Shown: in pieces, positions 19,869-29,221 of the stretch
Numbering within the stretch: position 1 is the first letter of the stretch
How the letters are laid out: every line of letters begins with the position of its first letter
NCBI GenBank assembly: GCA_022709525.1
Contig: JAKLIQ010000005.1
Span: forward strand, 71,966-135,965
Source of the DNA: Candidatus Omnitrophota bacterium
GTDB taxonomy: Bacteria > Omnitrophota > Omnitrophia > Omnitrophales > Aquincolibacteriaceae
Length of the DNA: 64,000 bases
Reading direction: 5' to 3'
Position numbers and translations under genes: made by a program
The notes under the pieces: model-generated
Database searches by the model: none
Seen by the model: only the letters and a program-made list of their open reading frames with translations
Told to the model about the DNA's origin: nothing

Positions 19869-20489
19869 CTATTTTTTTCCTTGGAATTTACCCATAAAAA
19901 GAAGCTGTCGGATTCGTTCTTTCGACAGTCCCATCTGATACGCTACAGCTTGCAAGGTTCCTAATGTGGTATATAAATTCTTTGCTGAGCGAATTTTCTT
20001 TTTTGTTTCATTGGATATTTCTTTTCGATTTGAGCCGCCTCCAGCGGGCTGCTGACCAGAATAGTGCAGAGATCCTGTGTGGGCGATCAACTTCCATTCT
20101 CTAGTCGGCATCTTTGTGTAAATCTTACAAACCCGTCCTTTCCAGTGGAGGTCTTTCCCTGTTTTTTTATGCTGCCAAAGCGTGTCAATATCTACGACTG
20201 CATAAGCTCCGTCGCCTTCCTGGCTGATTTCAATTTTTATTGTATTTCTCCTATTATGAATTAAGTTGTAGCCGTCAAAGATATCCTGCCAGTTCTTTCG
20301 CCAACGCTTGTAATTAAAACGCCCTAATTCAAAAACCCAATGGACAGGATTGTGAGCATTTTGATGCGGAGGCCAAGGCCAAACCATATCTGGGTGAATA
20401 ATGGAAAGAAATAAATCGGGGTTTTTGGTATTCCATCCCCTTGTTTCGAGATCCACCATCGCTTGGATTTGAGCCTTAATGTTTTTCAT
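19869..20489 (-). CDS. Fusion of an NTF2-like/SnoaL-like (DUF4440-type) domain with a C-terminal sigma-70 region-4-like helix-turn-helix.
   Basis: 206 aa. The N-terminal 150 aa have a SnoaL/NTF2-like pattern. The C-terminal LYTTLGTLQAVAYQMGLSKERIRQLLFMG resembles the sigma-70 r4 TLEEVGKQFGVTRERIRQIE. The start overlaps the upstream gene by 4 bp. Confidence 0.5.
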   Translation of the reverse strand: MKNIKAQIQAMVDLETRGWNTKNPDLFLSIIHPDMVWPWPPHQNAHNPVHWVFELGRFNYKRWRKNWQDIFDGYNLIHNRRNTIKIEISQEGDGAYAVVDIDTLWQHKKTGKDLHWKGRVCKIYTKMPTREWKLIAHTGSLHYSGQQPAGGGSNRKEISNETKKKIRSAKNLYTTLGTLQAVAYQMGLSKERIRQLLFMGKFQGKK

Positions 20490-20992
20490 AATGATATTGT
20501 ATCGATTCCTTGCATTAATTCCTTCTCAAATTGGATACTCTTGTTCCCGCCTCTAGTTCTTCCGGCTTCCCAATCAGCAACCGCATCCAAACATACGCCT
20601 AGCTTTTGGGCCAGTTCCTTTTGGCTTAGGTCGAGACCAAGCCTTCTCTGTCTTAGGCGCCCCCCAAAAGTTTTTGGCTCAGCAGGGTAATCCTTATAAA
20701 TTAATGTGGGAGATACGGAGGCCAAATCCGGAAGTGTTTCTTTAAGCTTGCGGATTACGGAATAATCAGGTCTTAGCCCCCTCTTCTCCCAATGGATTAC
20801 TGAAGCTGGTGTTACCCTTACCTTGCGGGCCAATTCTTTAACCTGCCACCCTCTCTTCATACGTGCTAGCCGTATATGCTCCCCAAAGGTTTTGGGAGGA
20901 GGTAATTTTTCCCAAGCCTTTGGAATATTTATGCTTAGTGTATAGGTAAGAGCGTCCTCCGAAGAAAAGTTGTCGATAACTCCCACAGGCAT
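20486..20992 (-). CDS. Protein with two tandem XRE-type HTH domains.
   Basis: 168 aa. FGEHIRLARMKRGWQVKELARKVRVTPASVIHWEKRG and FGGRLRQRRLGLDLSQKELAQKLGVCLDAVADWEAG. Confidence 0.65.
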   Translation of the reverse strand: MPVGVIDNFSSEDALTYTLSINIPKAWEKLPPPKTFGEHIRLARMKRGWQVKELARKVRVTPASVIHWEKRGLRPDYSVIRKLKETLPDLASVSPTLIYKDYPAEPKTFGGRLRQRRLGLDLSQKELAQKLGVCLDAVADWEAGRTRGGNKSIQFEKELMQGIDTISL

Positions 20993-21471
20993 GTCCTTGC
21001 GGTTATCTCGGCGATACGCGCAAGACCTGCCGTTGTTCTTTAGGACAGATCCACAAGTACCGGTCTAAAATTTCGGGGCCGATCCTCGACAGGATCGATA
21101 TTCATATTGAAGTCCCGGCTCTTTCGTTCCAAACCCTTACAGGGCAAGAACCCGTGGAAGATTCGGCAACAATCCGTCAGAGAATTTGCGACTGCCGGAA
21201 AATACAGAGATCGCGCTATTCTAAAAGACCCTATAAAACAAATTCACAAATGTCCCCCAAGGATATCAAGGAGTTCGCAACGCCGGACCTCCAGGGCCGA
21301 AAACTCATTGAAATGGCGATGAAAGAACTTCATTTGTCAGCCCGGGCTTATTACAAGATCCTCAAGATCTCCCGAACGATCAGCGATCTCGCCGGTTGCG
21401 AGCAAATTCAAAGCGAACATATCGCAGAGGCGATTCAATATCGGAGCTTAGACAGGCAGTGGTATGGATGA
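20980..21471 (+). pseudogene. comM: 3' remnant (C-terminal ~164 aa) of a comM/yifB-family Mg-chelatase-like AAA+ ATPase gene. The N-terminal ATPase part is missing.
   Basis: The in-frame translation from the stop at 20977 reads ACPCGYLGDTRKTCRCSLGQIHKYRSKISGPILDRIDIHIEVP...EDSATIRQRI...LSARAYYKILKISRTISDLAGCEQIQSEHIAEAIQYRSLDR. This aligns with E. coli YifB ...CTPEQTLRYLNRLSGPFLDRFDLSLEIP...ESSATVKQRV...LSIRAWQRLLKVARTIADI...HLQEAVSYRAIDR. There is no upstream ATPase domain. The frame begins 12 bp from the divergent XRE gene start. Confidence 0.75.
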
Positions 21472-21575
21472 TGGTGGGTTGAAAAATAATCTTAAATGCG
21501 CAGCCCAGGGGCGGTTCTCAGCAATCTCAAGCCTTGACCATCGCTTGCGGGAAAACCGCCCCGAATGTCTCTCTG

Positions 21576-22259
21576 TTACTGAATCGCTACCTTCTGCGCA
21601 TCCTTCTGGCCCGGGGCTTTGGGCAGCGTGATGATCAAAACCCCATTTTTGTATTCCGCGACAATCTTTGATTCATCGACCAGCCCGGGCAAACTCAAGC
21701 TTCGCGCAAAAGAGCCATAGCTGCGTTCTTGCGCGTAATATCCGGTTTTTGGGTCTTGAGTCTCGTTCGCCGTCTGACGCACACCTTCAATCGTCAGGAT
21801 GTTCTCTTTCACGGTCAAATTAATTTTATCTTTCTCCAAACCCGGAAGATCGCTCTTGACGATATAAGCGTCTTTTGTCTCTTCAAGATCTACTGCCGGG
21901 GTAAAATCAAATCCAGCGCCTTGAGGCATATTCTGAAAAAGCGGCGAACCGAACATAAAGGCATGCTGCATCAGATTGCTCATGCGCCGACTCATCTGGT
22001 CGAAAGATTCCCATGGATCATCGTTGACCAAAAACTGAGAAAAAGCTCGTGGGGCTTGAGAGGCAGCGTTATGCGTTCTCGCATGCATGACAGATGCCGC
22101 GTTTTGACGCGCAAGAATTGATTCGTCCTGCCGTTTTTCAAGCGCTGTCTGCCGCCGGCCTTGTTGAACCAGTGTGACCGTCTGCAACAACACAACGATC
22201 GCGAGAATAGCAATGATAATATGTGTCCCTTTGATCTTTTTTTCCAATAGTTCGCTCAT
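21576..22259 (-). CDS. Membrane-anchored Hsp20/alpha-crystallin family small heat-shock protein.
   Basis: 227 aa. N-terminal TM helix (HIIIAILAIVVLLQTVTLV). C-terminal alpha-crystallin domain (AVDLEETKDAYIVKSDLPGLEKDKINLTV...GVLIITLPK). Confidence 0.8.
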   Translation of the reverse strand: MSELLEKKIKGTHIIIAILAIVVLLQTVTLVQQGRRQTALEKRQDESILARQNAASVMHARTHNAASQAPRAFSQFLVNDDPWESFDQMSRRMSNLMQHAFMFGSPLFQNMPQGAGFDFTPAVDLEETKDAYIVKSDLPGLEKDKINLTVKENILTIEGVRQTANETQDPKTGYYAQERSYGSFARSLSLPGLVDESKIVAEYKNGVLIITLPKAPGQKDAQKVAIQ

Positions 22260-22349
22260 AGGGGTTTCTCCTCTTTGGTAAAATGTCCTTATTTTCTATT
22301 GCAAGAACGCCCAACCCCGATCGGGCCCGGAGCAGGGCGTTTGCAATAT

Positions 22350-22805
22350 TTATTTTATATCGACTTTGATCTGTTTGGGTTTGGCTTTCTCGGATTTTGG
22401 AAGGGTCAATTCCAAGACGCCGTCTTTATAGCCGGCTACAACCTTGTCCGCGTCAACCTCAGCTGGCAATTCCACCGATCGCCGGAAACTTCCGTAGCGT
22501 CTTTCGGAATAGAAGTAACCTTTCCCTTTTTTACTCTCCTCTTCTTTGCGTTCTCCCTTGACCGTGAGCGTGTTTCCAACAACCGAGATGTCCAGGTCTT
22601 TGCGTTCCATTCCTGGGATGTCAAGATGGAGCAGGAACTGATTCTCGTCTTCCTTGACTTCAAGGCTTGGAAAAAATTCCCCAAAACTCGTCTCCGGGTT
22701 TCGGCGCAAAGACGAAGAAAATAAACGGTTCATGTCATCCTGCAGATCTGTGACAAGATCAAAGGGATCGATCCATCGATTCGTATGTTTCACAAGTGGG
22801 TTCAT
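22350..22805 (-). CDS. Hsp20 family small heat-shock protein.
   Basis: 151 aa. LEVKEDENQFLLHLDIPGMERKDLDISVVGNTLTVKGER...YGSFRRSVELP...GVLELTLPK. Confidence 0.85.
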   Translation of the reverse strand: MNPLVKHTNRWIDPFDLVTDLQDDMNRLFSSSLRRNPETSFGEFFPSLEVKEDENQFLLHLDIPGMERKDLDISVVGNTLTVKGERKEEESKKGKGYFYSERRYGSFRRSVELPAEVDADKVVAGYKDGVLELTLPKSEKAKPKQIKVDIK

Positions 22806-22884
22806 TTTGGCTCCTCCTTTTGTATGCGCTTAATGGTTTTTTTTTATTAACCCACTATGTGTTTTTCAATTTTCATGCCAAAAA

Positions 22885-22915
22885 ATCAATGCCACAACTT
22901 ATTGAAAATCAACAA
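22885..22915. promoter_or_regulatory. Perfect 9-bp inverted repeat CCACAACTT-N13-AAGTTGTGG, ~85 bp upstream of the hsp20 start. Candidate operator.
   Basis: Seen directly in the hsp20 5' region. It matches none of the heat-shock operator consensus sequences I tried (CIRCE, HAIR). Confidence 0.35.
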
Positions 22916-23326
22916 GTTGTGGATCGACGATTTTAAAAATCCTGTGCCGAATGTTTAAAAATGACACAGATTTCTGTGAAAATTTTTTACAGTGCCAAAA
23001 AAGATACCGGCGCGCTTCCGAAAGCTTATTCTCTTTTGGAAAGATATGCCGTGGGAGCTTGCTCATCGCTTCAGCCAGAGGCCATGATTTTCATTTATAA
23101 AAATGAAGATTTGAGAACTGGTAGTGCAGTTTTTAAAGCGACTTAATGCTTTATAGTATTTTTTAGAACTAAAAATATCTCCTCTAACTGCCCTTGTTTG
23201 CTTTTTTTCTATTCTCAAGATATACTTATTTTAGGGAAAGGGAAAATCCAGTCCACGAATGTCGTTCGCTCTTTGGAGATAATGGTTTTGGGATTTTGCC
23301 GCCCACTTATTTTAAGGGGGTAGGAT

Positions 23327-23779
23327 ATGCATACCGACACCGAGAACATGAAAGCAAAGGTTACCCAAAGAAAGGTTCGCTCCGTGGAAAAAGCTCCGGT
23401 GCAAAAGAAAAGGATCTTGATCATCGAAGACGAGTTCAGCGCGAGCAAGTTTTTAACCTTGCGTCTGAAAAGCCTTGGGTTTGAGGTCTCAGCCGCGTTC
23501 GACGGTATGACCGGCCTGAAGGAAGCGACCGAAACGATCCCCGACCTTGTCATCCTGGACCTGATGATCCCGAAACTCCCGGGAGAAGAGGTGTGCAAAA
23601 CGCTTCGGGAAAGTTTCGATGAAAAGATCGCGAAGATCCCCATCATCATGCTCACGGGCAAGGATTCCGTGGTCGACAAGGTCCTCGGGAAAGTCATCGG
23701 CGCGGACGCTTATTTGACCAAGCCCTATGATTTCAGCGACCTTCTTGTAGCGATCAAGAAAATACTTCCGGACTCTTAA
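23327..23779 (+). CDS. Single-domain response regulator receiver protein.
   Basis: 150 aa. KRILIIEDEF...LVILDLMIP...IIMLTGK...LTKPY. Confidence 0.85.
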   Translation: MHTDTENMKAKVTQRKVRSVEKAPVQKKRILIIEDEFSASKFLTLRLKSLGFEVSAAFDGMTGLKEATETIPDLVILDLMIPKLPGEEVCKTLRESFDEKIAKIPIIMLTGKDSVVDKVLGKVIGADAYLTKPYDFSDLLVAIKKILPDS

Positions 23780-23836
23780 ACGTTAAAAACGGAAACGTCC
23801 CGGGGCGGGGCCTCGGGACAAAAAGAGGGCAGGAAG

Positions 23837-25528
23837 ATGGAGCAGGAAAAGTTCATACAGCCCGGTTTGCGGGTTCTCCTCATTGAGGATGACCAGGAAT
23901 TCGCGGATGTTCTCAGCATGCGTCTGGATCAGGAGAAAAACCCCTCGTTCGAAGTAACCCGCCTTACGACCCTGAAGCAAGCCCTGGAAGCCCTCGGACA
24001 AAACTCCTGGGACCTCATCCTTTTGGACCTGATGCTCCCCGACTCTTCCGGGATCGAAACTTTCGCAAACGTTCACGCGAAGGCCCGCCACACTCCCGTC
24101 GTGATCGTAAGCGGCCTGGACAGCGACAGCCTCGCGATCGATGCCGTCCGGAAAGGCGCCGAGGATTACCTGGTCAAGGGCGAGATCGACTCCAGGCTGC
24201 TTCTTCGCGTCCTCCACCACGCCATTGACCGGCACCGCATCAAGGAAAAACTGGCCTCTGTTACCGGCCGCCTTCATGAGACCAATCGCCGCTTGGAAAA
24301 AATGGCCCTTCTGGACCCGTTGACCGAGCTTTATAACCGCCGAGGGCTCCAGCAGGTCCTCAAGCGCGAGATCCAGCTCATCGCCCGCGAAGGCGGCAAC
24401 CTCATGGTGCTGCTCCTGGATCTTGACGACCTGAAGAAGATCAACGATTCCCTGGGCCATCCCGTGGGCGATATTCTTTTGAAGGAAACGGCCAGGAAAA
24501 TACGCGATTCGGTGCGCGGCTCAGACCACGTCGCGAGGATCGGCGGAGATGAGTTCATTCTTCTCCTGCCAAAAACATCCGTCAAAGAAGGCCTCCAGCT
24601 GGCCGAGCGGCTTCGCTCCTCGATCGCCAATACCACGATCACCGTCTCCGAAAAAAGGACGATCAAGATCACGGCAAGCTTCGGGCTTGTTTCTGTCCCG
24701 GACCATGTGACTTCCGTGGACGAGCTTTTGGCGGTTTCGGACCCTTTTTTAAGGCAAAGCAAAAATGAAGGAAAAAACAAGGTCTCCTACCAGCATCCCG
24801 AAGAAACGCGGAACGGTCCGCGGCCGCCCGAAGCCGAACATGTGGCCGAGCTTTTACGGAACGGACGGGACTTCTTTGCTCTGAAACAACCGATCTTCCG
24901 CCTCGCCGACCAGACCGTCGTAGGCTACGAATTCCTCTCCCGCTTGAAAAATAGCGGTATCCATATGCCGGATGTTTTTTTCAGGATCGCGATGGAAAAT
25001 AACATCCTGACACTCGTGGATCATCACTGTTTCCGTTCTTGCGTCGCGGCCGCGGCAACGCTTCCGCCCAAGATCCGCCGCCACATCAACCTTTTCCCGA
25101 CAACGATCATCGCCCTGGCGACCGAAGAGCTTGTGGAGAAACTGGCAACGACCTGTCCCGCCGAGAACTACTGTTTTGAGATCAGCGAACAACAGATCCT
25201 GGGCGACCCGTCCCACTTAATCGGCCCCGTGGAACAATTCAGGCGCTATGGCATTTCGATCGCGATCGACGACGTGGGTTTCGGGAACACCTGCCTCGAG
25301 GGCCTGATCCTCCTTGAGCCCGACGTGATCAAACTCGATAAAAAATATGTCCGGGGGATCGCGCAGGATATCCACATCGAACGCTCGCTGCGGCGGACCC
25401 TCAAGGTCGCCGAAGACCTGAATGCCGAGGTCATCGCCGAAGGCATTGAAACGGAGGAGGATCTCGAGCGCCTTAAAGAGCTGGGGGTAAAGTACGGGCA
25501 AGGATTTTACCTCGGGATGCCCGCGTGA
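23837..25528 (+). CDS. Response regulator with REC, GGDEF and EAL domains (c-di-GMP turnover).
   Basis: 563 aa. REC (LRVLLIEDDQ...LILLDLMLP). GGDEF with an RxxD I-site (RGSDHVARIGGDEF). An EAL-type domain with E-F-L-S-R, DDVGFG, EGIETEE, KLDK and QGFYLG motifs. Confidence 0.85.
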   Translation: MEQEKFIQPGLRVLLIEDDQEFADVLSMRLDQEKNPSFEVTRLTTLKQALEALGQNSWDLILLDLMLPDSSGIETFANVHAKARHTPVVIVSGLDSDSLAIDAVRKGAEDYLVKGEIDSRLLLRVLHHAIDRHRIKEKLASVTGRLHETNRRLEKMALLDPLTELYNRRGLQQVLKREIQLIAREGGNLMVLLLDLDDLKKINDSLGHPVGDILLKETARKIRDSVRGSDHVARIGGDEFILLLPKTSVKEGLQLAERLRSSIANTTITVSEKRTIKITASFGLVSVPDHVTSVDELLAVSDPFLRQSKNEGKNKVSYQHPEETRNGPRPPEAEHVAELLRNGRDFFALKQPIFRLADQTVVGYEFLSRLKNSGIHMPDVFFRIAMENNILTLVDHHCFRSCVAAAATLPPKIRRHINLFPTTIIALATEELVEKLATTCPAENYCFEISEQQILGDPSHLIGPVEQFRRYGISIAIDDVGFGNTCLEGLILLEPDVIKLDKKYVRGIAQDIHIERSLRRTLKVAEDLNAEVIAEGIETEEDLERLKELGVKYGQGFYLGMPA

Positions 25529-27816
25529 CCGCTCACGAACCGGAAAAGACCCATAAAGCCCCGCCGAAGGCAAGGCGGGACCCTATCCTTTCTGCCACCA
25601 ATCTGAAATTTCTTTTTGCCTTCATCTTCCTTTGCTGCTCCGCGGTCGGGAACTTCCTTATCATGAACCACCAGATCCGTTACGCGTCGCGGGACGCGGC
25701 GATCACGGGCTTTATGGAAAGCCAGTACAGTCTTGTCCAGAAAACCGCTTACCTGGCGACTGCCTACGCGCAGTCGATCGATTTTGCGGACCGCAAAACG
25801 TTCCGCGCCAACATCCGGGACGAATCGCGGTTGATCCTTCTTTTCAACACGACCTCCAACGACATTATTTCCGAAAAAACCCACCTTCCGAGGGAGTTGA
25901 TCCCGACGCTCCGGCGGCTTTATTTTTACTCCTCCCCTCCCTTGAACCAGGAAGTGGACGAATATTTTTCCGCTTTAAAAAAATTCCTGATGGGCTCCCC
26001 GATCCGCGTTAGCTCCGACAATCCCTATCTTCTCGCCTTCCAGGCGAAGAACGCGAAACTTCTTAGTTTTTTCCGCGCCGCGATCAAGACATTCCAGAAA
26101 GAGAGCAGCGGAAAGATCACGATGCTCAAATACCTCGGAACAGGCCTTTTCTTTCTTAACATCTTCTGTCTTGCGATAATCGGTATGCTTGTCTTCCTCC
26201 CGACGCTCAAGCGGCTCGGGATCTATCTGCAGCAGTTGAAGAACATGAATGAGGCCCTCGAGGTCAAGGTGCGCGAAAGGACGGCCGAGCTGGAACATAA
26301 GACCCAGCAGCTCGTGCTCATCAACGAGGAACTGCGCGCCCATATCGACGAACGGATCCGGGCAGAAAAAGAGCTCCGCCAGACCAACACCTTCCTTGAT
26401 TCCATCATCGAAAATATCCCGAACATGATCTTCATGAAGGACGCCGAAGAGTTGAAATTTGTCCGTTTTAACCGTTCTGGTGAGGATTTGGTGGGCTATA
26501 AGCGGGAAGAGCTTCTCGGAAAAAACGATTACGCCTTTTTCCCAAAAGAAGAAGCTGATTTTTTTATCCAGCAGGACAAAAACGCTTTGGCGGGCAGAAC
26601 GACCATTGAGATCGCCGAAGAATCCATTCACACGAAGCAAAAAGGCGTCCGGATCCTGCATACCAAAAAGATCCCCGTCCTGGACCACGACGGAAAACCC
26701 GTTTACCTTCTTGGCATCTCCGAGGACATCACCGAGAAGATCCGTTCCGAACAACAACTGCGGGAACTTTCCATGGCGATGGAACACGCCCTGGACGGTA
26801 TCGCCCGTCTGGACGCGAACGAGAAATTCTTAAGCGTCAACAAATCCTACGCGGCCATGATGGGCTACACTCCCCAGGAAATGATGGGGTTGAATTTCAG
26901 CGCCACGGTCTGTCCCGAAGACGCGGACAAGGCCGAGGCCGCCTTCGAGATGATGAAAGAAACAGGCAAATCCGAGGTGGAGCTTAAGGTCTTCCAAAAA
27001 GATAGCTCCGTTTTTTACCAGTATGTGGTCATGGTGCGGACCCTGGATGCGGCCAAGAACTTTGACGGATTTTATTGTTTTTCCAAAGATATCACTGAGC
27101 GTAAATACCAGGAATCCATCGAGATCAAGGCAGACCTTATCCAGATGGTCTCCCACGAGCTCCGCACCCCGATCCATTCCGTGAAGGAAGGCCTGAGCAT
27201 CGTGCTGGAAGGCCTGACTGGCGAGATCACGGAAGAGCAGAGGGACGTCCTGAGCATTTCCAAACGTTGCATCGACCGGCTGGTGCGGCTCGTGAACGAC
27301 GTGCTCGCTTTCCATAAACTTGAGGCCGGGGTCATCGAGTTCAATATGGAGCCGGGAGATATCAACCAGCTTCTTGAGGAGGTGGGCGATACGATGCTGC
27401 CCCTCGCGGAAGATAAAAAACTTTCGATGAGGCTTGAGCTTGAAAAAAACCTGCCCCCGGTAACCTTTGACCGGGACAAGATCTTTCAGGTCCTTACGAA
27501 TTTCATCCAGAATGCCATCAAGTTCACCTCCCAGGGATCCATCACGCTTGTCTCGTCGCGGATCGATCATGGCGTGAAGATCTCGGTGCGGGATACGGGG
27601 GTGGGGATCCAGCAACAGGACCTTCCGAAACTTTTCAGGAAATTCGGCCAGCTTGAATCGGCCAAACTTCTCGCGCCGGGAGGCACGGGGCTGGGGCTTG
27701 CGATCTCAAAAAAACTTGTGGAGTGCCATCACGGAAAGATCGAGGTGGAATCGGAATATAAAAAGGGAAGCTCTTTTTCCTTTATCCTTCCTTTGGAGCA
27801 ACCAAAACCGGCTTGA
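25525..27816 (+). CDS. Membrane sensor histidine kinase (2 TM, coiled coil, two PAS domains, HisKA, HATPase_c).
   Basis: 763 aa. GTG start overlapping the upstream stop. H-box VSHELRTPIHSV. G-boxes RDTGVGI and GGTGLGLAISKKLVECHHGKIEVESEYKKGSSF. Confidence 0.85.
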   Translation: MTAHEPEKTHKAPPKARRDPILSATNLKFLFAFIFLCCSAVGNFLIMNHQIRYASRDAAITGFMESQYSLVQKTAYLATAYAQSIDFADRKTFRANIRDESRLILLFNTTSNDIISEKTHLPRELIPTLRRLYFYSSPPLNQEVDEYFSALKKFLMGSPIRVSSDNPYLLAFQAKNAKLLSFFRAAIKTFQKESSGKITMLKYLGTGLFFLNIFCLAIIGMLVFLPTLKRLGIYLQQLKNMNEALEVKVRERTAELEHKTQQLVLINEELRAHIDERIRAEKELRQTNTFLDSIIENIPNMIFMKDAEELKFVRFNRSGEDLVGYKREELLGKNDYAFFPKEEADFFIQQDKNALAGRTTIEIAEESIHTKQKGVRILHTKKIPVLDHDGKPVYLLGISEDITEKIRSEQQLRELSMAMEHALDGIARLDANEKFLSVNKSYAAMMGYTPQEMMGLNFSATVCPEDADKAEAAFEMMKETGKSEVELKVFQKDSSVFYQYVVMVRTLDAAKNFDGFYCFSKDITERKYQESIEIKADLIQMVSHELRTPIHSVKEGLSIVLEGLTGEITEEQRDVLSISKRCIDRLVRLVNDVLAFHKLEAGVIEFNMEPGDINQLLEEVGDTMLPLAEDKKLSMRLELEKNLPPVTFDRDKIFQVLTNFIQNAIKFTSQGSITLVSSRIDHGVKISVRDTGVGIQQQDLPKLFRKFGQLESAKLLAPGGTGLGLAISKKLVECHHGKIEVESEYKKGSSFSFILPLEQPKPA

Positions 27817-28224
27817 TCACGAGCGCCCGCCGCGGTCCTCCCCTTTTTCAAAAGCGTCGAGAATCAGCTTGATCTCCGGGGGCTGTCCTTCCTTCCAAAG
27901 CACCGAAATAACATCGAACGCAACCGGCGTTCCGGAAAGTTTTTTCTCTTTTAAATACCAAGAAGCGATCTTGAAGATCTTCTCCTGCTTAACGAGATTG
28001 ACGGCCTCTTGCGGCGCGCCGTAGTGATCGCTTGTGCGTGTTTTAACTTCGATAAAAGCGATCCTTCCGGCCCGCCTGGCGATCACGTCTATTTCGCCGA
28101 GCTTGCAGTGATAATTCTTTTCGACGAGGTCGTAGCCCTGTTTTTTAAGAAATTCCCAGGCAGCCGCTTCGCCGCGATCCCCGAGGGGTAAGCGGAACGG
28201 TCCGGGTTTTGGAATTAACTTCAT
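27817..28224 (-). CDS. yraN: YraN/UPF0102 family endonuclease.
   Basis: 135 aa. GEAAAWEFLKKQGYDLVEKNYHCKLGEIDVIARRAGRIAFIEVKTR. Confidence 0.8.
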   Translation of the reverse strand: MKLIPKPGPFRLPLGDRGEAAAWEFLKKQGYDLVEKNYHCKLGEIDVIARRAGRIAFIEVKTRTSDHYGAPQEAVNLVKQEKIFKIASWYLKEKKLSGTPVAFDVISVLWKEGQPPEIKLILDAFEKGEDRGGRS

Positions 28225-28886
28225 GCGTTCTTCCCGCTCAGGGCGGCTTCCCGGACCGGGGCAAAGCTATGGCGATGAACCGGCGACGGGCCGAATTCGC
28301 GAAGGGCGCTAAGATGCTCGGCGGTACCGTATCCTTTGTGGCGGTGGAAAGCGTAGGCCGGATAAAGTTCGTGTGTTTTGCGCATCCAGTGATCGCGGAA
28401 CACCTTGGCGACGATCGAGGCGGCGGCGATGCTCGCGGATTTCTGATCGCCGCGGATCACGCCCTTCTGCTCAAGAGCCAGATCGAGGCGTATGGGCCCG
28501 TCGATCAACAGGCGCGCCGGCGTGTGGGAAAGGTTCAGAACGGCTTTTTTCATGGCAAGCCGCGTCGCTTCGTAGATATTGAGTTCGTCGATCTGTTTTT
28601 CGTCGGCGGATCCGATGCCGACGATCCCGGAACGGGCGATCTGAAGATAAAGTTTTTCGCGCCGGGCGGCGCTTAATTTTTTGGAATCATTGATCCCGAC
28701 GAGTTCCTGGGGGGACACAAGAATGACCGCGGCCGCAACGACGGGGCCCGCCAAAGGGCCGCGACCGGCTTCATCCACTCCTGCAAGCCATCCGCCAACG
28801 GCCGAGGAGGCCTCTGCGCAATCGAAAGCCCACATCTTCTCAAAGCGGATCCTTTGGCGGGACGCTTTTTGAGAGACCTCCGTCAT
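28221..28886 (-). CDS. rnhB: Ribonuclease HII.
   Basis: 221 aa. GVDEAGRGPLAGPVVAAAVIL...DSKKL...AASIVAK. Confidence 0.9.
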   Translation of the reverse strand: MTEVSQKASRQRIRFEKMWAFDCAEASSAVGGWLAGVDEAGRGPLAGPVVAAAVILVSPQELVGINDSKKLSAARREKLYLQIARSGIVGIGSADEKQIDELNIYEATRLAMKKAVLNLSHTPARLLIDGPIRLDLALEQKGVIRGDQKSASIAAASIVAKVFRDHWMRKTHELYPAYAFHRHKGYGTAEHLSALREFGPSPVHRHSFAPVREAALSGKNA

Positions 28887-28904
28887 GGAGAACTCCTTAG
28901 CGGC

Positions 28905-29213
28905 TTATTGCTGCCTCAGGTAATAAAGCTTGGAACGGCGCGCTTTGCCTTTTCCGCTTACCGTGATCTTCTCGACCGTGGGTGAGTGGAGCGGGAAGAT
29001 CTTTTCGACCTTATCCCCGTAGCTTTCCTTCAGGACCGTAAAGCTGGCGCGAACGCCTTTTCCTTTTTTACGGATGCAGATCCCTTCAAAAAGCTGGGTG
29101 CGGGTCTTATCGCCTTCCTTCACGCGGATGTGCACCTTCAGGGTGTCTCCGACGCGGAATTCCGGCGTTTTTTTGGATGCAGCTTCTTTTTCGACAATGT
29201 CCATTTTGCTCAT
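28905..29213 (-). CDS. rplS: 50S ribosomal protein L19.
   Basis: 102 aa. FRVGDTLKVHIRVKEGDKTRTQLFEGICIRKKGKG...SPTVEKI. Confidence 0.92.
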   Translation of the reverse strand: MSKMDIVEKEAASKKTPEFRVGDTLKVHIRVKEGDKTRTQLFEGICIRKKGKGVRASFTVLKESYGDKVEKIFPLHSPTVEKITVSGKGKARRSKLYYLRQQ

Positions 29214-29221
29214 GGCTATTC

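Noticed and set aside
25975-27615. Long minus-strand ORFs (270 and 261 aa) antisense to the PAS histidine kinase
   Set aside because: GC-rich antisense shadow ORFs with no motifs. The plus-strand kinase has full HisKA/HATPase signatures.
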